IMG/VR virus record: IMGVR_UViG_2795385758_000004
Span: 1 to 22,291 of that record
DNA from: a virus
Lineage: Duplodnaviria; Heunggongvirae; Uroviricota; Caudoviricetes
Direction: 5' to 3' (one strand)
Length of the DNA stretch: 22,291 nucleotides
A program made the translations under genes and the position numbers. Within the stretch, counting starts at the first letter, position 1. The number at the start of each line of letters is the position of its first letter. The notes below the pieces were generated by a model that was not told the origin of the DNA, did not search any database, and worked only from the letters and a program-made list of their open reading frames with translations. Positions 14,686 to 22,291 of the stretch are shown here, one piece after another.

Positions 14686-16447
14686 TAGCCCTTGGGCTGA
14701 CGCTGATCTCGATGCGCTCAAGCTCAGCCCCGAGGTGGCGTGGTATCTCGAGTCACGCGGCTATCCGGTCCCTGACTGCCCGCCACTGATCAAGACACCG
14801 GAGCCCCGGGAGGTTCCGGGGGCGCGGTTCGATCCTGAGCGCGCTGACAAGGTAGTTGCTGCGTTCCGGCAGTTGCGGCACACCAAGGGTAGATTCGCTG
14901 GTCAGCGCTTCGATCCTGACGTGTGGCAGGTGGCGTACATGATCGCCCCGGTTGCTGGCTGGGTGCATCGCTCTGTCGATTCGGGCGCCTGGGTGCGGAT
15001 CATCACGCAGGCGTATTTCGATATGCCGCGCAAGAACGGCAAGAGCACGACCGCGGCCGGGTGGGGCATCTACCTGACGGCGGCCGACGGCGAGTTCGGC
15101 GCGCAGGTGCTCGCCGCGGCGACGACCAAGGAACAGGCCGGGTTCGTGTTCGAACCGATTCGGCAGATCGTCAACAAGTCGCCCGGCTTGAAACGGCATC
15201 TACGGGCGCTGCAAGCGAAGATCACCCATGCGGCGTCGGGCTCGTACTTCAAGCCGATCGCCAACGCCGGTGATGCGCAGCACGGCGCCGACATTCACGG
15301 CGCGATCATCGACGAGCTGCACCTGCACAAAGACATGGTGCTGATCGAGGCGCTGGAGACCGGCACCGGCTCTCGTGAGCAGCCGCTCATCATCTACATC
15401 ACGACCGCCGACGCCGGGCGCCGGCACACGCCGTACGACGAGAAGCGCTCCCTGATCGAGAAACTGGCCCGCGGGGTGCTCAAGCGGCCAAGCACCTACG
15501 GGGTGGTGTTCGCCGCCGAGAAGCCCGAATACGAAAATGGCAAGCTCATCAAGGGCGATGACCCATTCGCCGAATCGACGTGGCGCAAGTCCAATCCGGG
15601 CTACGGAATTAGCCCGACGAAGCGGTACATGCTCGAGGCTGCGGAGAAGGCCAAGGACTCGCCTGCTGAGCTGGCGCGGTTTCTGCGGCTGCACTTGGGT
15701 GTTCGGACCAAGCAGGAGACCCGGTATTTCGAGGTCGAGGACTGGGACGCCAACGCCTCGATCGTGGACCTTTCCCGGCTGGCCGGCCGCCAGTGCTACG
15801 GCGGGCTGGACTTGGGCTCGACATCGGACCTGACGGCGCTGGTGTGGGTGTTCCCCACCGAGGACGGCGCTTTCGAGGTACTGGCCCGGCATTGGGCGCC
15901 AGAGGATTCCATTCCGGCGCTCGATGAGCGCACCGCGAACGCGGCATCGACGTGGGTCAAACAGGGCTGGCTGACGACTACCCCGGGCAACGTCACCGAT
16001 TACGACTTCATCGAGGCGCAGATCAGCCGGGACCGTGACGAGTTCCTGGTGCAGGAATGCGCCTACGACCGCTGGAACGCCAACCAGCTGATCAACAACC
16101 TGACCAGCGACGGCGCCCCCATGCTCACCATGGGCCAGGGCTTCGCCTCGATGAGCGCGCCGACCAAGGATCTACAGCGGTTGATCCGCATCGGCGCCCG
16201 CACCGACGAGAACGGTTTACCAATCAAGCCGATGATCCGTCACGGCGGCAATCCGCTGTTGCGCTGGGAGATTGACAACTTCGCGGTAGCCATGGACCCC
16301 GCGGGAAATGTGAAGCCGGATAAGGCCAATGCCGGCGACAAGATCGACGGCGTGGTGGGGCTGATCATGGCGCTTTCGCGGGCGCTGGCCGCCAAGGAAT
16401 CCGAGACGAGGAGTGCATATGCAGACAACGACTTTGTCGCACTGTGA
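14636..16447 (+). CDS. terL: Terminase large subunit (start uncertain: GTG 14636 or 14666)
   Basis: Walker A MPRKNGKST, Walker B AIIDELH, ITTA coupling motif, nuclease GGLDLGSTSDLTA, AYDRW, KIDGVVGLIMA. Confidence 0.97.
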   Translation: MASSRRTRSRVQPTTTDSPWADADLDALKLSPEVAWYLESRGYPVPDCPPLIKTPEPREVPGARFDPERADKVVAAFRQLRHTKGRFAGQRFDPDVWQVAYMIAPVAGWVHRSVDSGAWVRIITQAYFDMPRKNGKSTTAAGWGIYLTAADGEFGAQVLAAATTKEQAGFVFEPIRQIVNKSPGLKRHLRALQAKITHAASGSYFKPIANAGDAQHGADIHGAIIDELHLHKDMVLIEALETGTGSREQPLIIYITTADAGRRHTPYDEKRSLIEKLARGVLKRPSTYGVVFAAEKPEYENGKLIKGDDPFAESTWRKSNPGYGISPTKRYMLEAAEKAKDSPAELARFLRLHLGVRTKQETRYFEVEDWDANASIVDLSRLAGRQCYGGLDLGSTSDLTALVWVFPTEDGAFEVLARHWAPEDSIPALDERTANAASTWVKQGWLTTTPGNVTDYDFIEAQISRDRDEFLVQECAYDRWNANQLINNLTSDGAPMLTMGQGFASMSAPTKDLQRLIRIGARTDENGLPIKPMIRHGGNPLLRWEIDNFAVAMDPAGNVKPDKANAGDKIDGVVGLIMALSRALAAKESETRSAYADNDFVAL

Positions 16448-16456
16448 GGCTGACCG

Positions 16457-17821
16457 GTGGGTCTAGCCTCATGGCTCGGGTTCGCGCCCAAGCCTTCTCA
16501 GATTCCAAGCATGCCAGCGCGGCCGACGTACGAGCTGATTCCCGAGGGCATGAGCTTGGACGAGTACTTGACCAGCATCATGCACCAGCCCGTCGAGAAG
16601 CTGTGGCGCGAGCAGCCGCACTTGCGCACCCTGGTCGGATTCGTCTCACGCAACATCGCACAACTGGGCATCCACGTCTTCGAGCGCGACGCCGAGGACG
16701 GACGCAACCGAGTCCGTGACAGCCCGCTCGCCGAGCTGCTACGCGATCCCAACGACGATATGACTCAGTTCGAGCTGATCGAGGCCACCGTTGCCTCGAG
16801 GATGCTCTACGACGAAACGTATTGGTACGTCGGCCGCGACAACAACGCACCGACCGGTTGGGTTATCCGGCACATCCCGACGACATGGGTCATCGGCACC
16901 GTCGGGCAGACGGCATTCAACGTCGCCAAGTACAAGGTGGCGATCCCGGGGACATCTGGGCAGTGGACCGAGATCGACGCCTCGGACATGATCGTGTTCC
17001 GCGGCTGGAACCCGGTCGACCCGAGGTCTGGTGTTTCGCCGGTTCATTCGCTGAAAGCGATTCTGGCCGAACAGATTCATGGCCAGGTGTTCCGTGACCA
17101 GATGTGGAAGCGCGGCGGCCGGGTCGGCTCGTATCTGACGCGCCCCGCGACGGCGCCGAGCTGGAAGGATGCGGGCCCCGACGGTACTTCGCCCCGCAGT
17201 CGATTCATTGAGCAGTGGAAGAACTCGTACGCCGGTGACAACGCATCCAACGCCGGAGGGACGCCGCTGCTTGAGGACGGCATGGAACTCAAGGCAATCG
17301 CGTTCAACGCCAAGGAAAACCAGTGGGCCGAGGGCGTGAAACTCTCACTGGAAACCTGCGCGCAGGTCTATTTCGTCAACCCCACGATGGTGGGCATTCT
17401 CGACAACGCGAACTACGCGAACGTGCGCGAGTTTCGCAAGGCGCTGTACGGAGACAACCTCGGTCCCGAGATCGAGCGGACGGTGCAGCGCATCAACAAG
17501 AAGCTGGTGCCGAAGCTGGCCGACCCACGAAACGTGTACTGCGAGTTCAATCTACAGACGAAGCTGGCCGGCTCGTTTGAAGAACAGGGCGACATGTTGC
17601 AGAAGGCCATCGGTGGCCCGTACATGACGCGCAACGAAGGGCGCGCACGACTGAACATGCCGCGCATCGACGGCGGCGACGAGCTGATCGTCCCGCTGAA
17701 CGTCACCGCCAACGGTGATCAGAACCCGGTACCCGCAGGCAACGAGCCAACCGACCCGACCGAGGGAGATAAGAGCAATGGCCGCCACACCAACGGACAC
17801 GATCTGCATGTCCACTTCTGA
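16457..17821 (+). CDS. Portal protein, HK97 family
   Basis: RDPNDDMTQFEL, FRGWNP..GVSPV, PLLEDGMELK, ANYANV, MTRNEGRARLNMPRIDGGDEL. Confidence 0.96.
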   Translation: MGLASWLGFAPKPSQIPSMPARPTYELIPEGMSLDEYLTSIMHQPVEKLWREQPHLRTLVGFVSRNIAQLGIHVFERDAEDGRNRVRDSPLAELLRDPNDDMTQFELIEATVASRMLYDETYWYVGRDNNAPTGWVIRHIPTTWVIGTVGQTAFNVAKYKVAIPGTSGQWTEIDASDMIVFRGWNPVDPRSGVSPVHSLKAILAEQIHGQVFRDQMWKRGGRVGSYLTRPATAPSWKDAGPDGTSPRSRFIEQWKNSYAGDNASNAGGTPLLEDGMELKAIAFNAKENQWAEGVKLSLETCAQVYFVNPTMVGILDNANYANVREFRKALYGDNLGPEIERTVQRINKKLVPKLADPRNVYCEFNLQTKLAGSFEEQGDMLQKAIGGPYMTRNEGRARLNMPRIDGGDELIVPLNVTANGDQNPVPAGNEPTDPTEGDKSNGRHTNGHDLHVHF

Positions 17822-18614
17822 CGAGCTCGCCGCGAAGCTCGGCCCGCACGCCGACGCCGGCACCAAGGCCGTGGTCGTGAAGTTCAAGACCGACGGTCTA
17901 GAAGAGGGCGAATTCATCGGATATGCCAGTGTTTTCGGCAACAAGGACAGCTACGGCGATGTGGTGCAGCCAGGCGCGTTCACGAACACGCTGGCCGAAT
18001 GGAAGGCCAAGGGTGTCCCGATCCCGCTGCTATGGGGCCACAACACCGCCGACCCCGATTTCAATCTCGGCGAGATCATCGAGGCCACCGAGGATGACCG
18101 CGGGCTCAAGGTTCATGGTCGGCTCGACATGGAATCGCCCAAGTCGGCGCAGACCTATCGGCTACTCAAGTCGGGCCGGGTCAATCAGATGTCATTCGCC
18201 TATCGCGTCGTCGACGGGGCGTATATCCAGCCAGAGGGCGAGGACAAGACCTGGCGGGATGCCTACTACGAGCTGCGTGAACTCGAACTCTACGAGGTGT
18301 CCATCGTGCCGATCGGGGCCAATCAGGAGACCGAGATCCTGGCGGTCAAGGCGGCCACCAGTGCCATGGCGGCCAAGGCCGGGCGCGTGCTGTCGGCCAA
18401 GAACGGACAGGCGCTGCGCGGTGCGCTTGCTCAGGCCGAAGAGATCGTGACCGCGCTCAAAAGTGTGCTGCCGGAAGAGGGTTCGGCAGACGAAGAAGAC
18501 CAGGACCAGACCAGCGGTGAGGAACCGCCCGCCGGGGAGCCGAAGGCTTCGCCGGATGTGGCCACGCCGGACCCGTCCGTCTACCTGGCGCTGTTAGCAA
18601 TCAACGAAGCCTGA
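17778..18614 (+). CDS. Prohead maturation protease, HK97 family (alternative start 17808)
   Basis: GYASVFGNKDSYGDVV, catalytic LWGHN and QMSFAY, LYEVSIVPIGANQET; SD GAGGGAG at 17762-17768. Confidence 0.95.
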   Translation: MAATPTDTICMSTSDELAAKLGPHADAGTKAVVVKFKTDGLEEGEFIGYASVFGNKDSYGDVVQPGAFTNTLAEWKAKGVPIPLLWGHNTADPDFNLGEIIEATEDDRGLKVHGRLDMESPKSAQTYRLLKSGRVNQMSFAYRVVDGAYIQPEGEDKTWRDAYYELRELELYEVSIVPIGANQETEILAVKAATSAMAAKAGRVLSAKNGQALRGALAQAEEIVTALKSVLPEEGSADEEDQDQTSGEEPPAGEPKASPDVATPDPSVYLALLAINEA

Positions 18615-18628
18615 AAGGGGCAAATGGG

Positions 18629-19870
18629 ATGAATCCCAAGGAAAAGCTCGCAGCGCTGATCAAGGCGGCGCGCGAGGTGGCCGAGAAGGCCAAGAGCGAG
18701 AACCGGGCACTGACACCGGAAGAGCAGACCGACCTCGACGGCAAGATGGGCGAGATCGACCAGCTCAAGTCCGACATCGCCGCCGGCGAGAAGTCGGCCG
18801 CGACGCTGGCCGCGCTCGACCGGATGGCCGGCGAGATCCCGGGCGACGTTCAGTCATCCGGCGAAGGGCGCGCGGCGAAGTCCCTCGGCGAGCACTTCGT
18901 CAAGCACGCGCACGCGGGAATGCTCGAAAAGAAGGGCCAGTCCAACGTCACCGTCGGTGCGCCCGAGTTCATTGCCTCGAAAGCGGCCACCGACAACCAC
19001 GTGGTGGGCGGCTGGACGGACGGCATGCCGTATCTGACGGATTTCGACCAGACCGTCGTGCAGGCACCGCGTGTTCGCCTCACGATCGACGACCTGCTGG
19101 CGCAGGGCCCGATCTCCGGCAACGCCATCAGCTACCTGGTGGAAGGTGCGCTCGAGGGCGGATTCGCAACCGTGGCCGAGGGTGGAGCGAAGCCGCAGAT
19201 GCACTTCGTGAACCCCACGCAGAAGACCGACGCGCTCAAGAAGATCGCCGGCTTCATCACGCTCACCGACGAGTTCCTGGAAGACGCCGATTTCCTGAAG
19301 ACGGAAATCGACACCCGGTTGCTCTATGAGCTTGCCTACATCCAGGAGCAGCAGCTACTCAACGGTGACGGCACCGGTCAGAACCTGCTCGGCGTGCTGA
19401 ACCGCTCGGGTCTGCAGACCGAGGCATCGGCCGGGCCCGGCGACAACTTCGACGCGGTGTTCCGCGCCATGACGAAGGTCGAAACCAACGCGCAGCTGCC
19501 GGTGGATGGTCTGGTGATTCACCCGAACGACTACCAGCGTTTCCGTCTTACCAAGGACGGCAACCAGCAGTACTACGGTGGCGGCCCGTTCGCCGGGCAG
19601 TACGCCAACGACGGCCTGGTGCTGCAGCCTCCGCTGTGGGCACAGAAGACCGTCGTCACGCCGGCCATCGCCGAGGGCACTGTGGCGGTCGGTTCGTGGA
19701 AGCTGGCGGCGACGGCCTACCGCAAGGGCGGCGTCCGCGTCGAGTCGGCAACCCAGCACGCTTCGAATTTCACCAGCAACCTGGTGACGATCCGTGCCGA
19801 GGTGCGTCGCGCACTGGCGGTTCGCAAGCCGCTGGGATTCTGCAAGGTCGCCCTGGACTGGACCCCCTAG
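18629..19870 (+). CDS. Major capsid protein, HK97 fold, with N-terminal delta (scaffold) domain
   Basis: N-terminal coiled coil of about 100 aa; EGGAKPQ, KKIAGFITLTDEFLED, QLLNGDGTGQNLLGVLN, HPNDY, NLVTIRAEVR. Confidence 0.97.
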   Translation: MNPKEKLAALIKAAREVAEKAKSENRALTPEEQTDLDGKMGEIDQLKSDIAAGEKSAATLAALDRMAGEIPGDVQSSGEGRAAKSLGEHFVKHAHAGMLEKKGQSNVTVGAPEFIASKAATDNHVVGGWTDGMPYLTDFDQTVVQAPRVRLTIDDLLAQGPISGNAISYLVEGALEGGFATVAEGGAKPQMHFVNPTQKTDALKKIAGFITLTDEFLEDADFLKTEIDTRLLYELAYIQEQQLLNGDGTGQNLLGVLNRSGLQTEASAGPGDNFDAVFRAMTKVETNAQLPVDGLVIHPNDYQRFRLTKDGNQQYYGGGPFAGQYANDGLVLQPPLWAQKTVVTPAIAEGTVAVGSWKLAATAYRKGGVRVESATQHASNFTSNLVTIRAEVRRALAVRKPLGFCKVALDWTP

Positions 19871-19890
19871 TCCGCTTCTCTGATAACCGG

Positions 19891-19924
19891 TGCGGCGCCG
19901 TGGATTACATATCGCGGCGCCGCA
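19891..19924 (+). promoter_or_regulatory. Strong GC hairpin after the capsid gene (attenuator or mRNA-stabilising element)
   Basis: TGCGGCGCCG (19891-19900) and CGGCGCCGCA (19915-19924), extendable inward; only a weak U-tract (ACAGTTTCC) follows. Confidence 0.55.
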
Positions 19925-19966
19925 ACAGTTTCCCGAATCATCAATGATCATCCGAAGGAGAAAGTG

Positions 19967-20164
19967 ATGAAGGAATACACACTGACCACGCGGCACGGCG
20001 AGACGACCGTGCAGCTGTCCGACGAAGACGCCGAGGCGTACGGCGATCGCGTCAAGCCCGTCAGCGCGAAGTCCAAGCGCGCGGCGAGCAAGGGGGCCAA
20101 CCCCGAGAGCAAGACGACGCCGCCGCAGAATGAGGGCGCCGGATCGCCCGCGCCGAGCGCGTAG
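19967..20164 (+). CDS. Small hypothetical protein after the capsid gene (65 aa)
   Basis: SD AAGGAG at 19955-19960; short beta-hairpin-like N-terminus and K/A/P-rich tail. Confidence 0.8.
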   Translation: MKEYTLTTRHGETTVQLSDEDAEAYGDRVKPVSAKSKRAASKGANPESKTTPPQNEGAGSPAPSA

Positions 20165-20169
20165 GTTCG

Positions 20170-20712
20170 ATGCCCGAACTCACACCCGCCGATGTCGAGC
20201 AGTACACGCGAAAGCGGCTCGACAAGACGGACGCTGAGACCGAGCGGCTGCTGGCCGCAGGACTGGCCACGGTGCGGCAGTTCTGCGGCTGGCACGTCAC
20301 CCCGGTTAAGACCGGGCACGAGGTCGAGTTGGACGGGCCCGGCGGGCGCCTGCTGGCCCTTCCCACCCTCAGACTCGTCACACTGACTGAGGTCACCGAA
20401 GACGGTAAGACGCTGGATGTTTCGGGCCTGTACGTGTCCAAGCGCGGGCTAGTACGCAAGAAGAGCGGTGGCTTTTGGTCGCCGCATTACGGCGCGATCA
20501 CCGTGACCATGGACCACGGCATTGAGGACGCGGACGCGTTCAATGCGGCGGTGCTCTCATTCATTGATCGCATGTCGAAAGCCCCGACAGGCGGCGATCC
20601 GATAGCGGTGGGGCCATTCCGCTGGGCCGAGCAGAAAACCGTTTCAAGGTCGGCATTCTCCGCTACGGAGCTGGCGATCCTGGAGCAATACCGCCTGGAG
20701 AGTCCGGCGTGA
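20170..20712 (+). CDS. Head-to-tail adaptor
   Basis: LLAAGLATVRQFCGWHVTP..LALPTLRLVTL..TVTMDHG pattern typical of actinophage adaptors; synteny. Confidence 0.85.
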   Translation: MPELTPADVEQYTRKRLDKTDAETERLLAAGLATVRQFCGWHVTPVKTGHEVELDGPGGRLLALPTLRLVTLTEVTEDGKTLDVSGLYVSKRGLVRKKSGGFWSPHYGAITVTMDHGIEDADAFNAAVLSFIDRMSKAPTGGDPIAVGPFRWAEQKTVSRSAFSATELAILEQYRLESPA

Positions 20713-21023
20713 GCGAGCAGGTGATCCGCCACCGCGGCGCCGGCCGCGACGAGAACGGTCAGCTGACCCAGGCAACCGACACCGCCCTGACGGCTATCGC
20801 CGTGGCACCCGGCAGCGGCTCGCAGACCGGGCAGGGACACCGCCAAGAGCGGGCGCGCAGCGGCGAAGACATCGCGTGCACGGTCTACTTCAACCCCGGT
20901 ACCGACCTGATCAACAGCGACGAGCTGACGGTGCGCGGCAAGCGCTATCCGATCATCGTCAACGACTGGATGCTCTCGGGGCGTGGTGGCCTGGAGGTGC
21001 TGTGCTCCCGGGGGCAAGGCTGA
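20709..21023 (+). CDS. Head-to-tail stopper (SPP1 gp16-like)
   Basis: GRDENGQL, TVYFNPGTDLINSDELTVRGKRYPI; GTGA overlap; synteny. Confidence 0.8.
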   Translation: MSEQVIRHRGAGRDENGQLTQATDTALTAIAVAPGSGSQTGQGHRQERARSGEDIACTVYFNPGTDLINSDELTVRGKRYPIIVNDWMLSGRGGLEVLCSRGQG

Positions 21024-21394
21024 TGGCGTTCGAACTCGACCGCGACGGCGGCGCCGAAGTGCTCAAGGAGCTTTCCGCTGCTGCGATCAAGGATCTGGCA
21101 GGCCAGATTGCCGACCAGATCGGCCAGGGCGCCAAGGTCAAGATCTACACCACCGACCGCGCCGCGGCTACGGTGAGTGTGCCGGCCGAGATGCAGGCCA
21201 AGGATGGCGTGCTCACTCGTGCCGCCGTGGCGGCCGGGCTGGAGGTGCGGCCCAAACCCGCCACCGAGACGCGCAATCGCGGCAAGAGCCGCAAGGCACG
21301 GCCAGAGGCGACACCCGCGCAGGCGAAGGCCTCCGGCGACGCAAACGAGGCGTGGGTGGCTGCGCGGCGGGCACAACGCAAGGCGGGCCGGTGA
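21023..21394 (+). CDS. Neck/tail completion protein (HK97 gp10 position)
   Basis: TGATG overlap; FELDRDGGAEVLK..QAKDGVLTRAA; synteny between stopper and tail terminator. Confidence 0.7.
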   Translation: MAFELDRDGGAEVLKELSAAAIKDLAGQIADQIGQGAKVKIYTTDRAAATVSVPAEMQAKDGVLTRAAVAAGLEVRPKPATETRNRGKSRKARPEATPAQAKASGDANEAWVAARRAQRKAGR

Positions 21395-21786
21395 CGCTGC
21401 CTGCGGTGCGAGAGCCCGTCGACGTTGCGCGGCTGATCAAGGACTGGCTCAAGGCCGATTTGACGGCCCGGTTCCCTGAGCTGTCGGTGCGTCTGGAGCT
21501 TCCGGCCAATTGGGCGCTCGGGTCTCCCCCGGTGCTGCTGGTCGCCGATGACGGCGGCACGCTGGACATGTGGCCGGCGGCAACCGACCCCACCATTCGC
21601 GTCACGTCATGGACATCGGGCCGCGAGACGAAGTACACCTACGCCGCGATGCCCCGCTTGCTCACCACCCGGATTCCCGGCCTCGCCGCGATCCTGCCCG
21701 GCACCGCGTTCCTCGAGGCGCGCGACTCCAAGACCGGCGGTGACCTGATCTCGTTCACCGTGCGCACCCGAGCGCGCACCCGATAA
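21391..21786 (+). CDS. Tail terminator protein
   Basis: GTGA overlap; DVARLIKDWL..VLLVADDGG..PTIRVTSW..SFTVR; directly upstream of the major tail gene. Confidence 0.78.
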   Translation: MTLPAVREPVDVARLIKDWLKADLTARFPELSVRLELPANWALGSPPVLLVADDGGTLDMWPAATDPTIRVTSWTSGRETKYTYAAMPRLLTTRIPGLAAILPGTAFLEARDSKTGGDLISFTVRTRARTR

Positions 21787-21808
21787 CCGCGCAGAACGCG
21801 CACCGATC

Positions 21809-21839
21809 AACCCCGTCAAATCTGGCGGGGTTTCTTGTT
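21809..21839 (+). terminator. Intrinsic terminator-like hairpin upstream of the major tail gene
   Basis: AACCCCGTCA-AATC-TGGCGGGGTT (21809-21832, one G-U pair) followed by TCTTGTT. Confidence 0.65.
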
Positions 21840-21845
21840 GGCCCG

Positions 21846-21865
21846 CAAGGGCTCTGGAGCCCTTG
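21846..21865 (+). promoter_or_regulatory. Perfect 9-bp inverted repeat abutting the major-tail Shine-Dalgarno
   Basis: CAAGGGCTC-TG-GAGCCCTTG, immediately followed by AAGGAGGG (21866-21873) and ATG 21879. Confidence 0.55.
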
Positions 21866-21878
21866 AAGGAGGGAAACC

Positions 21879-22291
21879 ATGGCAATAAACCCCGACGCCA
21901 CACTGATCCCGGACCAAGCCGAAGTGTGGATTGTGCTCAAGTCTGCCGTGACTGACATCGCGTCCATGATCCCCGAGACCGCGACTATCGCAGCCGAAGC
22001 GCTCGAGGCGATGGGCTGGGAGGAAGTCGGCATTGTCGATGACAAGAAGGGCATCCCGCTCGATCCGTCCGGTGAGGTCAAGGAATACGACGGGTTCGGA
22101 CACCCCGCGTTTAGGGTGAAGTTCCGCAAGGGCAAGCTCAAGAGCGGTTTCACTGCGCTGGAATGGAATTCGGTCACTCGGAAATTCGTGCTGCCTGGCT
22201 CGGCCAGCAACAAGATCGGTATCCCCAAGGACATTCAGGCGTACCTGCTGTATCGGTTCGTCGATGAGGATCGGGCCACGGTGTGGGTGCA
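21879..22291 (+). CDS. Major tail (tube) protein, 5' partial, runs off the window (not in the ORF track)
   Basis: Strong SD; open frame MAINPDATLIPDQAEVWIVLK..GWEEVGIVDDKKGIPLDPSGEVKEYDGFGHPAFRVKF..SGFTALEWN to the window end; follows the tail terminator. Confidence 0.88.
   Translation, partial: MAINPDATLIPDQAEVWIVLKSAVTDIASMIPETATIAAEALEAMGWEEVGIVDDKKGIPLDPSGEVKEYDGFGHPAFRVKFRKGKLKSGFTALEWNSVTRKFVLPGSASNKIGIPKDIQAYLLYRFVDEDRATVWV

Larger units (their letters stand above)
1..22291 (+). mobile_element. Temperate siphophage/prophage segment (early replication-recombination operon plus packaging, head and start of tail modules), HK97-like head, actinobacterial (probably mycobacterial) host
   Basis: Canonical gene order: antirepressor, recombination, replication, RuvC, HNH, terS, terL, portal, protease, capsid, connectors, major tail. 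All genes on the + strand with ATGA/GTGA overlaps and high GC. Boundaries (att, integrase) lie outside the window. Confidence 0.97.

Noticed and set aside
13978-14721. 247-aa minus-strand ORF and other ORFs across the cos spacer (13835-14185, 13970-14170)
   Set aside because: Overlap terS or HNH, have no domain signal, and the spacer is better explained as a packaging site.
17354-17367. 14-bp palindrome ACCTGCGCGCAGGT in the portal gene
   Set aside because: Isolated, GC-rich and within coding sequence; compatible with chance.
1-22291. CRISPR array, tRNA/rRNA, IS elements, diversity-generating retroelement, toxin-antitoxin or known defence genes
   Set aside because: No spaced direct-repeat array, RNA-gene signature, transposase, reverse transcriptase or recognisable defence domain was seen by eye; a dedicated scan was not possible.

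Overview
The whole window is one co-oriented (+ strand) segment of a temperate, HK97-like siphophage or prophage from a high-GC actinobacterium, probably Mycobacterium (host inferred from gene content and style). It starts at an antirepressor and runs through a tightly translationally coupled early operon: secreted DUF732-like protein, YqaJ exonuclease and RecT/Bet recombinase, a beta-clamp-like protein, a DnaQ-like exonuclease, an HTH protein, a truncated DNA methyltransferase, a replication initiator with internal palindromic repeats, a G39P-like helicase loader, small zinc-finger proteins, RuvC and a large Zn/HTH putative late regulator. Two accessory genes and a structured leader/terminator follow. 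The late module then comprises HNH, a candidate cos region, terS, terL, portal, prohead protease, major capsid, head-tail joining genes and the 5' part of the major tail gene. No integrase, repressor, lysis, tRNA, rRNA or CRISPR features are visible. The most notable observations are: (1) a two-domain sliding-clamp-like gene next to a DnaQ exonuclease and a protein ending in a QLELF clamp-binding motif; (2) a deletion scar joining a methyltransferase to the 3' half of an HNH gene that is absent from the ORF track; (3) a structured leader plus terminators suggesting antitermination-type late control; (4) a candidate origin inside the initiator gene. All family assignments come from motif recognition by eye, not database searches.
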